DNA from: the human T2T-CHM13v2.0 reference genome, Homo sapiens
Length of the DNA: 64,000 bases
Assembly: GCF_009914755.1 (NCBI RefSeq)
Contig: NC_060929.1
Reading direction: 5' to 3' (one strand)
The notes below the pieces were generated by a model that saw only the letters and a list, made by a program, of their open reading frames with translations, was not told the origin of the DNA and did no database searches. Below, piece after piece: positions 13,123 through 26,048 of the stretch (the stretch's first letter is position 1; each line of letters opens with the position of its first letter). Position numbers and translations under genes: made by a program.

Positions 13123-14499
13123 CTGAAATTCAAAAGGTATATGTTAGAGCTCTGATGAGAATCACTCATTAAATATACACGTTATTAGCATTCATGTAGA
13201 TCATAAAGTGAAATAAATGAAACTCACAGACAACCGAACTATTTCACAGGTGTCAACTGTATCACCAGCCAAGCTATTCATTTATTGATCAGTAAAAAAG
13301 AAACTAGAAGATATAGGAATAAGAAAACTCAAGTGAAACCCCTAATTATGCCTCTCCAATTTAAGTGCCTTTACGTATTTTAATAATAAGATATTAATTT
13401 CTTAAATTTCACCCTGACATGCCTAATGCCATAGTCCTCACCATGAAATATAATCTATGAAAAGCATGTTTTGACACACAAAGACAGCAATAAACAATCT
13501 CATTAGGAAAAAGACATCTCTTAAGACTATAACAAAGTACGCTGTTGGGGTTTTTTAATCCAGTAATTATTTTTCCCAAGAATTACATCGGGCCAAAATT
13601 TCTAACATCTAAATGACAGGCCATTGCCTGGAAATGCTTTTGTCCAGATTTTTTAACCAAAATTTTAAGCCACTTTCATCATTTTCTTTGACAAAGAAGA
13701 AATCTAAAATTAGCCTGAGCCCTTTATTCCTCGGAAAGGTAAGTAGTGTGCTTAACTATTAAGACAGGAGATTAGCACACAATAGCTTTGATGTGCTGCC
13801 TTTACTTCCATTATATCAGGACCAATCTTTCATAATCTTTTTTACATAATGGGATGAGACAAATCCAGAAAATTATTATGAGAATAAGAGCTTTTTGCCT
13901 CTAATTTATTTTATAGTAGAGGACAAATTTCACTTTTTATTTCCCATTTTCTATAGCTACACAACTCTCTTTTCCCACCTTGTTCTCTATTTAAAAGCAA
14001 AAATGTGTAACACCTGAATGTCAGAAGCTCTATTAGGAAAGGCCATTTGCAATCAATGACATAAAATGTAGCAAAACTTGTTAAGAATGTGATTTTTCAA
14101 AAGGCTTAAGGGAAGTCCTAAACAGCTCTACTAAGCAATATTACTAATAATTTTCATAGCAAGAAACTGGTGATCTTCAATTAATAGGTAAAAAGCGAAA
14201 AAGATGTATGAAGGCTTTTCAGATGCTACATGACAATTTTAACATTAAAAATCATCACGTTAAAACATTTTTGAATAAAGTCTAATTGCCTCAATAACAT
14301 CTTAGCATAGATCATCAGAATATGACTTACGTTCAGTTAAGACTGAAAAGAAAGCTGATAAGCTCTGATTACAAACATGATTCTTTGCCAGAATTTAATT
14401 TTTTCCTTGAATTCAATCAAACTAGTTCTACTGGGTAAATGCAGATAGTGTCTAGAATTTGTTTTTCTCTACATGCCACAGCATTTATAAAGAATTTAC

Positions 14500-14724
14500 C
14501 AGGTCATCAAAGATATCCCTTTGGTGCACATGAATAGTAATCAGAGTCTCGTATTTCACTCGTTCCGTGGAACTCAGATCCCTCGTGGTGACGTCTATCA
14601 ATGTATTGAGTAGCTCCAGGAAAGCCTGATTAGTTTTCTGCATGATTTTTTTATCAAACTTGGCATTTCTAAGGGCTTCTTCTGAATCCCGTGTCCATAT
14701 CATCTGAATTCCTAATAATCCAAC
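14500..14724 (-). CDS. DNAH5: DNAH5 exon ~34 (225 nt) [11 protein letters not shown]...[12 protein letters not shown]
   Basis: taag|GTT acceptor, CTG|gtaaa donor; phase 0->0. Confidence 0.94.
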
Positions 14725-15285
14725 CTTATGGAAATAAAAAAGGCTTCATGAATTTGTATGGCATATTTATGTATTTAAATAGAAATACAATGTGATCAAC
14801 AGCTGTGATTGTTACACAAGTGTAAAGCCATGATTACATCAACTTTGATACCTTTTTTCATAACCTATGGAAATTCTATTTCTTATCATTTTGAGTCATT
14901 TATGTTGAAGTCACGTTTCTCATTGTTTCCTGTATTTTAATGCTGAATCTATTTTTCTTTTTTTAGTAAAGTGTTCAATCAGTACATTTTCATGATTTTT
15001 GTACATTGTTACATCAAAAGATTGATTAGGGAAAAAACCGTTTTAAATTAAAGACAATACATCAAATATATCTATAACCCAAATACACATTTAAGTCTAT
15101 AGATATATGACCATATAATCTGTAGTTAAAATCTGAAAGGTTAAGTATATTTAATGGGTCCTTATGAAAATCTTAATACTGGTCTAGAGTTAAATTATAG
15201 CCATTTTTGAAGCTTACAATAGGTAATGTCTGAGACTTAAAATGACTATTTTACAAAACATACTTTCAAATTTCAATACACTGAC

Positions 15286-16103
<818 letters not shown>

Positions 16104-16689
16104 AAATCAATTCCAAATAAACCATACTGTAAGGGGGGAAACTTATTTTTAAAAGAAATATTTAATACAAATATGATGATTTTTAAAATCTCTAAAGTTT
16201 CTCAGATGAAATGAGGCTTCTAAAACCTAAAGTGCTGTACTAAGTCCTCCTTAGCTGTAGACAGACGTGATCTACCAAAAAGCTAATGAGGCTTCAGTTT
16301 CAGGGCCCCTCACTTACACAGACCCTTTCCAAGGTCCTGAATATGAATTTGTATTTATAATTTTACAAGATTTAGCACCCACACAACCAAAATCTGCCCC
16401 CGATTGTAGAAACCTTATGGCAGGAGCAACAAAAAACAAAAGCAACGCGATCTTAAGAAACAGCTGCTAAGAACAAAGGCTAAAAGTCTGTGGGCATTTA
16501 ATTCACAAAAGGGAGCTACACAGTAAATAAGATACTGAAAGACACTTAAATTATCTTCCATACAACTTGAGACAGTGAGAAGCTTTGCTCCTGGGCCATG
16601 ATGTCCTAGTGCCATGGCAGAGGATTTAAGCGAAACATCAGAAAGAATTTTCTGATGAATTTAGTCCCTTCTTTCAACCCACACATCCC

Positions 16690-17820
16690 ATAAAACAACA
16701 AGAAACATTGATTTTTGAACCATTAAAATCCATCCTGTTTTCCTTCCTCTCTGTCCCCTCTAACAAAGCCTTGTTACAGCTGTTCAGCCTTTTTTATCCT
16801 GATTTTGCAATGGCTTCTTACATTGATTTCCTTGCCCCCTTTCATTCCGCCTCCTACACTGTACCAGAGAATGTTTCTGAAACACAAATCAGGTCACTGC
16901 CCTGCTTAAACACCTCCCATGGCTTTTTATCATGTTCAGGATGAAGCTGAATTCCGTAATGTAATGCACCTGGCCTTTGGAATCCTGCCCATCCCCCTTC
17001 TCTCTTTGCTCATGGCTCCCTGTTGTGGGTTGAATTGTGTCTCTCAAAAAGATATACTGAAGTCCTAAGCCCTGATACCTGTGAATGTGACATTATTTGG
17101 GAATAGCATCTTTGCAGATGTGATCAATTTAAGATGTGGTCACCTCTAGCCTCCAGAACTTTGAGAGAATACATTTCTGTTGTTTTAAGCCACAGCAGCC
17201 CTAGGAAACTAATACACTCCCTCACACATCCACGCTGCTGACATCCTGGGCTTCCCACACTTCCGAGCGCCCACACCTCCCTTGCACATGCTCTTCTTCT
17301 GACCTGACCATACTTCCCTTCTTCACCTGCAAGGTTATATTCTACTTACCTTCAAAACATCAGTGCAAATTTATATTCTGCAGAAAGCCCTCCCGGACAC
17401 CCCCATACAACCAGGTTCCCTGATGGGCATTCTCACGTTCTTTGTGCTTAATGAAGCACAATAATAACAATTCAAGTCCAAAATTATCAGCAATTTAATT
17501 GTCCAATTTCTCTTGAGTGTAGTACATAAAACTGACTTCAGCGTTGATCATGATACACCCTTCCTGGGAACCCCAGGCCAGCATCATGACTCTCAGACAG
17601 CAAGGAGCTTGACCTTAACAAGTGGCTTTTAATTGCTTCGAATGGAATAGCTCTAACACTCCCTAACTGGGCTCTGAAGGCTACTTGTTTACTTCCCTGT
17701 CTCCTCCACCACAGCACAAGTTCATGGAAGGTTAGCGTATTCCCAGTGTTAAGCATGACATCTGGAACATGGTAGTTGCTCAATAAATGTAACACCACAT
17801 GCTAGGATGAAGAAATGGAT
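16690..17820 (+). mobile_element. L2 fragment
   Basis: ccctgcttaaacacctcccatggct...tggaacatggtagttgctcaataaat L2 3' motifs; boundaries approximate. Confidence 0.55.
17021..17216 (+). mobile_element. Internally deleted MLT1 (A/B-like) solo LTR
   Basis: TG...ACA termini and perfect 5-bp TSD CTCCC. Confidence 0.82.
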
Positions 17821-18423
17821 GTTACTAGGGGTTTGTATGAAGCACCAGAGGGAAACTGAATACAATATCTAACAAGAAGAGTCACTTTCCTAGGGAATTT
17901 GGGTGGAGGGATGGATTAGACAATAGATTTCCGCAGCTGTGCAAGTGTAGTCTCCGTCAAGTTAAATGACCTATCGTGAGTCTCATGCAGCTTCATGATT
18001 CTGTACACATGGAAGTGTTAAAAAAACAAAAAAAGTTTGAATAAAGTATGCCAAAACCAGATTAAAACAATTACATCATGAGGGCAATTCCGTTTAGTTA
18101 AGACGCTATTTTATGAACAGCTGGTTTTTCATCTTGTTGGATTTCTTACTAGTTAACTTGGTGTGTAAAATCATGAATGCTACATAAATGCCTTCTTAAT
18201 CCTAAACTAGCATTTTTTTTAATTTGAATCTACACTTTGGATAGTAAGAAATTACACAGTTCTGAAGGTAAATTGGGCCCCGAGATTTGTTTTTAGTCAC
18301 TGGCCAAGAGCTAATGAACAGGGAAGCAACCCTTGTTATAAACCCGTTTTCGAAGAGCTACTTAAAGACAGTTGAGGTTCGAAGGTACGGTGATTGTTGG
18401 CCTGCCATTAGAATTAGGCGAAC

Positions 18424-18580
18424 CTTTTCGTGGAACTTGACAGATTTAATGTTGTCAAACACATTCAGCAAATGGGCCTGTATAGTGTGGGAGTCCGACG
18501 CCTGCCCCAGAATCTCTAGAAGGGCAGGATCTGAGACGAAGAAAAACCGAGGAAAGCACAGTCGTTTTTTCTCCAAGTAC
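18424..18580 (-). CDS. DNAH5: DNAH5 exon ~32 (157 nt) [25 protein letters not shown]...KFHEK
   Basis: gtag|G acceptor, AAG|gttcg donor; phase 2->0; FPRFFF dynein motif. Confidence 0.95.
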
Positions 18581-18873
18581 CTACAAGGAGAGGAAAAACA
18601 TAAACCTTTATAACCACACAAAGCTGGTCGTTCAAGGAATAAATTAACCTGGATGGGAAAAGGGGAGAAGATTGTGTGACTTGTGACAATCTGATTTTCC
18701 TACGTGACTTCTCACTGTTTTTAATTTTTCAATTTTTTAAGAATGTTTTCAAATAACATTCCACATTCTGATGGAGAAATAATTTTTTCCCAAAATTGGT
18801 GGCAGAATTCCCTCATTTTTCACAACTATAATGTACACATTTTGCACAGTCTGGAAAATCTTGTATATACTAG

Positions 18874-18945
18874 GTAGAGAGTCAGATAAAAACACTATGT
18901 AGAGAGTAAGATAAAAACACTATGTAGAGAGTAAGATAAAAACAC
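18874..18945. repeat. 25-bp tandem repeat, ~2.9 copies (AGAGAGTAAGATAAAAACACTATGT)
   Basis: Directly visible. Confidence 0.92.
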
Positions 18946-19349
18946 ACCCAGGCAGGTTTTGGTTTTGGGTTTGGGTTTCCAAGCCCAGCACTGTGCCATC
19001 TAAAAGCTCCCTACAATACTTGAAATTGTGACTTAAAAGAGAATCCAATGAATTCGTCATCCAAGCAGAAGCAAAACCCAGCTGTGACGAGCTCCATGGA
19101 AAAGCTGTGGCACTCGTCTCTGCTTCCAGGAGTTTCCAAAATCCACTGAATGTTCCCGATCACTGACTTGCTTTCAGCCGAGCTTTCATTTCTATATTTG
19201 CTTTCTGTTATGGTCATTCCTGATGTTATGGATATGTGTATTCTGTTGTTTTCTTAACTATAGCTCTCTATCTTCATTTTCTAGCATATTTTGTTATAAT
19301 TATGATGCTTTTAATTGTACTTCTTTTTTAAACTTTACCAGCTTTTTAA

Positions 19350-19725
<376 letters not shown>

Positions 19726-19925
19726 CCAACTTTTTATTTTAGGTTCAGGGGTTCATGTGCAGGTTTGTTATACAGGTAAACTGCATGTTGGGAGGTTGGT
19801 GTACAGATTATTCCACACCCAGGTAATAAGCATAGTACCTGATAGGTAGTTTTCCAATCCTCACCCTCCTGCCACCTCCACCCTCAAGTAGACCCCAGTG
19901 TTTGTTGTTCACTTCTTTGTGAACA
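19726..19925 (-). mobile_element. L1 (L1PA15/16-L1PB-like) 3' end fragment
   Basis: ttcaggggttcatgtgcaggtttgttatacaggtaaactgcatg reverse L1 3' terminus. Confidence 0.8.
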
Positions 19926-21028
19926 TTGTATTATTTCCTGTGTAAAATTATAAGGAAACATTTCTGTTTCATAACAGCAGAATTCACTTTCTAGGAAAAA
20001 TCAAGTCTTTACTAGAGGATTACTTGGATCAGAAACCGGAGCCTGATGGCAACCTCCCAGGGCATGCGTGCGGAGTGCTGGACAGTTCACGATTCGTCAA
20101 CTGCTGGACTCGTTTTGCTGAGTGGGGTGTCCAGGCTGAGGACAAATCTGAGCTACATTCCTCAAGACAAAGGAGGGCACTCATTGAGAAAAAGGCAAAG
20201 AAAAGAAGGAGATACAAAGAGAGGGTCATGCTAAGTAAGGAATTTGGGAAAGAAATGGACATGTGTACAGGGATGATCATGGATAAGCCTGGGCATGTGG
20301 GTTGAAATCATTCTATCCAGCTCTCACAGGATCCTCAGTAAAACAAGCTCTTGCAGCGATGGGATTTGTTCACTTTGGACATGAGACAGCCTGGAGAGTC
20401 TATTTTCTTCTATTCCCCCTCACTTTCTTAAAGTCTTACTTAAATGTTTATAATGTTTACTTTTGTTTTAGCTAAAAAACTAAACTTTTCTCAGTTTAAA
20501 ACTACTAATTCTGTTATTTCAAATATCCCAATCCTTATTTGAATAACTGTGATGTGTTTGTTATCCTCCTTACAGTAGCCCGGTCTGATTCTGGTGAGGA
20601 ATTGGGTCATGTTTTCTGTCCCGTTAGACCAGTATGGAAGGAGGCTGTGGTGTGTGACAGCCAAACTCCTGAGACGGTATAGAGAAGATACCTTATCTTC
20701 ACGGACACAGTCTGATTACCGCAACTCCGATTACGATCTGATCTGTGTGAAGACCCTTCCTGTCCATGCTGATCCTCGACAGCTTGGGAGGGTGTTGTTT
20801 TTGTATAAATATGATTTCTCAAATGTCTATACAAGGCTTACATATATTGCTTATAACCTCTTCTGGGTAACAAAATCAAAAGACAGGGAAAGCTCAGTTA
20901 AAAAAAAAAGTGTGAACAATTTTAGAGTAGACATTTTCTCTGCAGGGTTATAAAATAATGCCAAAATGTTGGGTGACAGAATAGAATATGTTCATAGAAA
21001 AAAGAAAGAATAAAAAAAAAGAAAAATA

Positions 21029-21340
<312 letters not shown>

Positions 21341-21946
21341 GGGGGGATTTTGCATGTGTGTGTGTGTGTCTGTCTGTCTGTCTGTGGTGGTGGGTGGAAG
21401 ATGAGGAAGGGAGAGAAAAGCAATAAACTCAGCTGTAGGTAGTCCAGTAGACAGTTCCTCGGCAAGTGTTTTAGTGGTAACTGAACCTGCATGATGTCTT
21501 AGTGGTCCCTGCCCCTCAGTCCTTCCATGTTGAAGAACCTCCAGAGCAGGGAAACTTTCAGAAACCCTTTTCTCGTTCTCTCTGACCTGATCCTGGTGTT
21601 AGGCACAGAGCATTCCTGCTGGGTCTATATCCAAGAACTGTTTAGTGGTGCCTGAACTGCATTTGGTCATGCTAAATAATTATTAGGCTAAATGGAATGG
21701 CACAGCATCAATCATTAGACAACAATCTTTTTGTCCTTCAACAGTTACTTGACTTGATCTAATAATTTTATAAGGGAGATCAACTCATTAATCCCTAAGA
21801 CTCCATTTTTCTAAATCTTTATGTTAGAAGAATTACTTGCAAATGGTTTTGCTTTAAAGTAAACAAAGGGTGCTTTACTGACGTTGGCGTTGGCTATGGC
21901 CATGGTGTTTAAAAAGCCTCCTTAGGTTTATGGTGATACTCTATGG

Positions 21947-22505
21947 CAGCAGTCCTCAACTTTTTGCCACCAGGGACCAATTTCATGGAAGACCAGTTTT
22001 CAATTTTTCCATAGACCAGGGGTGGGAGTAGTTTCAGGATGATTCAAGCGCATTATATTTACTGTGTACTTCACTTCTATTATTATTGTGCACTTATATT
22101 TCTATTATTATTACATAATGAAATAATTCTACAACTCACCATAACGTAGAATCAGTGAGAGCCCTCAGCTTGTTTTCCTGCAACTAAATGGTCCCATCTG
22201 GAGATGATGGGAAACAGTGACCAATCATCAGGCATTAGATTCTCACAAGGAGTACGCAACCTAGATCCCTCGCATGTGCAGTTCAGAATAGGGTGTATGC
22301 GCAGTTCACAATAGGGCTTGCACTACTATGAGACCCTAATGTTGCTGCTGATCTCACAGGAGGCAGAGCTCAGGTGATATTGCGAGTGATGAGGAGCGGC
22401 TGTAAATACAAATGAACCTTCGCTCACTCACCTGCTACTCACCTTCTGCTGTGCAGCCCTGTTCCTAACAGGCCACAGACTGGTGCCGAGGTTTGGGGAC
22501 CCCTG
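21947..22505 (-). mobile_element. MER1A, second copy, inverted relative to 11843-12407
   Basis: Terminal inverted repeats CAGCAGTCCTCAAC...GGGGACCCCTG; TSD ctctatgg/ctctatag. Confidence 0.88.
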
Positions 22506-22645
22506 CTCTATAGCATAGGCCTTTGAAACACCCATCACCTAAATTAGAGTAAACTTGCAAATATTTGCTACAGAAAATCTTGGCCCTACCTCTAGCTTCA
22601 AGGTAGTGGGGTGGACAACCATGTACGCATGGTTTTGTTTAGACT

Positions 22646-22704
22646 TTTTTTTATATACTTTAAGTTTTAGGGTACATGTGCACAACGTGCAGGTTAGTTA
22701 CATA
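22646..22704 (-). mobile_element. ~60-bp young L1PA 3' terminus
   Basis: tatactttaagttttagggtacatgtgcacaacgtgcaggttagttacata; TSD TGTTTAGACT. Confidence 0.88.
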
Positions 22705-24232
22705 TGTTTAGACTCTTCAACTTTCCTAAAAGTCCACAAACTTCCACATCTCCCCAGCTGTATGCTGAAGCCTGTGAATTTGTCCTTAACCAGCAGTGCA
22801 GACTCCCTGTCCTCTGCATTCTTGTCAGGGTTTACATCTCTCACGTTTTATGCTGCCCAATACCTTCCACCAACATGGATATGAAAGTGATATTCATGGA
22901 GGATTCATTGAAGTGTATGCGGTGATTCCATTCCCTTAGTTCCCTGAATGAAGCCATTCCATTAGAGAGGCTCATGTTTGACTCATGCTGTGATAAGAAA
23001 GCAGATGGAGACTCCGCTCTGGGTTCCTTTTAATAGGATACACAATAGAAATTCCTCCAAATTACCAATTTGAGGACAACAAAACGTAATGTCTCCCCAA
23101 GTAACTTTTATTCTATGAATCCTATGAACCTATCATATGCCACCCTTTACCTTGGAACCTAGGAAGGATCTTTGCTCTATAAATCTAAGGTCCATTTGTA
23201 GTTTTTCTCTGCACCAATTTTACCCTCTGAGCTTATTAGCCCTTTTTGTCCTTTGACCTTAACTTTCTCATGCATTGTTATTTTCCAGCAGCCGTCACAA
23301 ATTTTTTTTTGGTTAGCCGAGAATAAATAAGTAATCCATATTGTTTACAAGTACCCTCTTACAGGTCTTTTTTCCATTTTTAGCATAGTCACTTTTTTTG
23401 TTCAATTTTAATAAACTCCTCTCTTTATTTCATCGAGATCCTGCCAAAGCACCATTTGAAGCCCAGTATTTAAGCCATCAACTGCATCTATGAGGGCAGC
23501 CTGGCTTAGATGACCTGAGTCCCGCAGTGCACAGGACAAGCTGGTTATTCACAGGACACTATTACAGGTCATGAGGCCATCAGGATGTATTCACGGGGAA
23601 AGATCAACTGTCTCCCAGAGTGGGCCAAGGAGATGTCATTATTTAAGTTAAATGCTCAGGTGCTTGAGTTTAACTTCCTTAAGTGTCAATGTACACTTAG
23701 CATATTACTATGTAACATATTTCTACTTACATTATTTTATTGTGATTAACCAAAGGAAAAAAAAACAAACAAAAAAACTTTATGGCTCTTGGAATTCACA
23801 ACGCTTCTGTACACATAAATGTGTGTGTAGATAGATATTAGACACTTTTTAATATAATCCTGACTGCATGTATCCTGACTGTTTCATATAATGAGTATAA
23901 TAAAATATGTTGGTTCTATAAATGTTTATTCAAGAAGAATGTCAGAAAATAGGTGTATTAATTTTTTAAAGCAGGGACTGTATGAGGATGTTTATACAGT
24001 CTTATCCTAGTGATGGAAGCAACCTTAAGTCCTATGAGTCCAACATCAGGACAAATCTAGCAAGTCTTTGATGAGAATATAAGGCTTCAAAATATCAGTT
24101 TCATCTGTGCAACAGCTTTATACATAAATTCAGCCTTAGCAAAAGAAAACAAATTTGGCTAATGCTATCTAGTCTCCCTGTATCCTTTTGTCTCAAGGAT
24201 ACAGAGAGCTTTCAAAGAGCCAGTGAACTTAC

Positions 24233-24396
24233 CCAGTAAGGGATTTCTGGCATATTTCCAACTGGTCCAGCAAGTGTGGTAACAGCTGCCCCAGGGTCTC
24301 ATCTCCAACACAGCACTGGACTACACTGGGCACTTCATGTGCCCGAGTCATGATCTTCACCCAAGATTTATCTATGTTAGAAAACCGCTTGGCTTC
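24233..24396 (-). CDS. DNAH5: DNAH5 exon ~31 (164 nt) [12 protein letters not shown]...CQKSLTG
   Basis: atag|GAA acceptor, GG|gtaag donor; phase 0->2. Confidence 0.94.
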
Positions 24397-24901
24397 CTAT
24401 GAGAACAAGGTAACAAAGCACACTTAGATTTGGACACATCTGTGATCCCAAAGACAGTATCTCACATTCCTCCAGCTGAGGCTAGAGTTTTAACCAGTCC
24501 AGATATCCAAGCAATATACGCCTAATGTCACACACATTTTATTGAAGTTCTTATTGGGCTTTCTGTGCCATATCATCCCCTGTATTAAGTAAGCATCCTT
24601 AGCTCAACCTTGGTACTCCCACTATGTTAAGTTACAACAAGAAATGAATACAAAAGTAATAATACAATTCAAGGAAATATGAAAAGAAAGTACACACATT
24701 TCTTTTCATGGGTTATCTCTAAATGAAGTACATTTCCTATTTTTATATTTTCTCTATTGAGCACTGGATTGTTTATGTAGAAAAAATATTTAAAAATAAA
24801 GATACAAAATTAATTCCAGTATAACTGGAATATTGTAAAAAAATTTAATGGAAAATGCACAGATTATCTTGAGAGGGCAGGAATCATATAAATTTTCTTC
24901 C

Positions 24902-25190
24902 TTTTTTAAGACAGGTCTCACTCTGTTGTCCAGGCCAGAGTGCAGGTGCTCGGTCACAGCTCACTGCAGCCTTGATTTCCTGGGCTCAAGTGATTCTCCT
25001 ACCTCAGCCTCTCCAGCATCTGGGACTACAGGCATGTGCCACCATGCCTAGCTAAATTTTTTTTATTTTTTGTAGAAACAGGGTTTCATCATGTTGCCAA
25101 GGCTGGTCTTGAACTCATGGGCTCAAGCAGTCTTCCCACCTCAGCCTCCCAAAGTGCTGGGATTACAAGCATGAGCCACTGCACCCGGCC
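24902..25190 (-). mobile_element. AluJ-like
   Basis: Reverse, diverged Alu with J-type ctgggctcaag. Confidence 0.9.
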
Positions 25191-25711
25191 CCAAATTTTC
25201 ATTTTCTTCTTTAAAGCTTTCTGTATGTTACCAATGAGTATATACCATCAAATATGAAAGGAAGAAACAACACCTAGCACCTTAAATATTCTACATGAAA
25301 ATTTCTAAGTCCAATTTTAGATTCTTCTTCATCCATTAAAAAGAAAAACATGGGAATCCTGGGCAAGATGGCCGAATAGGAATAGTTCCACCCTGCAGCT
25401 CCCAGCAAGATCAACACAGAAGGCAGATTATTTCTGCATTTCCAACTGAGGTACCTGGCTCATCTCATTGGGACTGGTCAGACAGTGGGTGCAGCCCACG
25501 GAGGGCAAGCAGAAGCGGGGTGGGGCGTTGCCTCACCTGAGAAGTGAAAAGGTTTGGGGAACTCTCCCCTGAGCCAAGGGAAGCCATGAGGTACCATGCT
25601 GTGAGGGACACTGCTATCTGGCCCAGATACTACGCTTTCCCCATCTGCAGACCAGGAGATTCCCTCAGGTGCCTACCCCACAAGGGCCCTGGGTTTCAAG
25701 CACAAAATTAG

Positions 25712-26048
<337 letters not shown>

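Noticed and set aside
18287-18613. + strand ORFs overlapping DNAH5 exons (also 3602, 35757, 37604, 44055, 56135)
   Set aside because: Antisense shadow frames of real coding exons, with no independent splice or start support.
18874-18945. 25-bp direct repeats resembling a CRISPR array
   Set aside because: Head-to-tail with no spacers, no cas genes, and a eukaryotic intron context.
19011-19217. Minus-strand 68-aa ORF (also 20029..20280) as an extra DNAH5 exon
   Set aside because: No dynein similarity, and exons 31 and 32 already join in phase; better explained as the shadow of the + strand nested exons.
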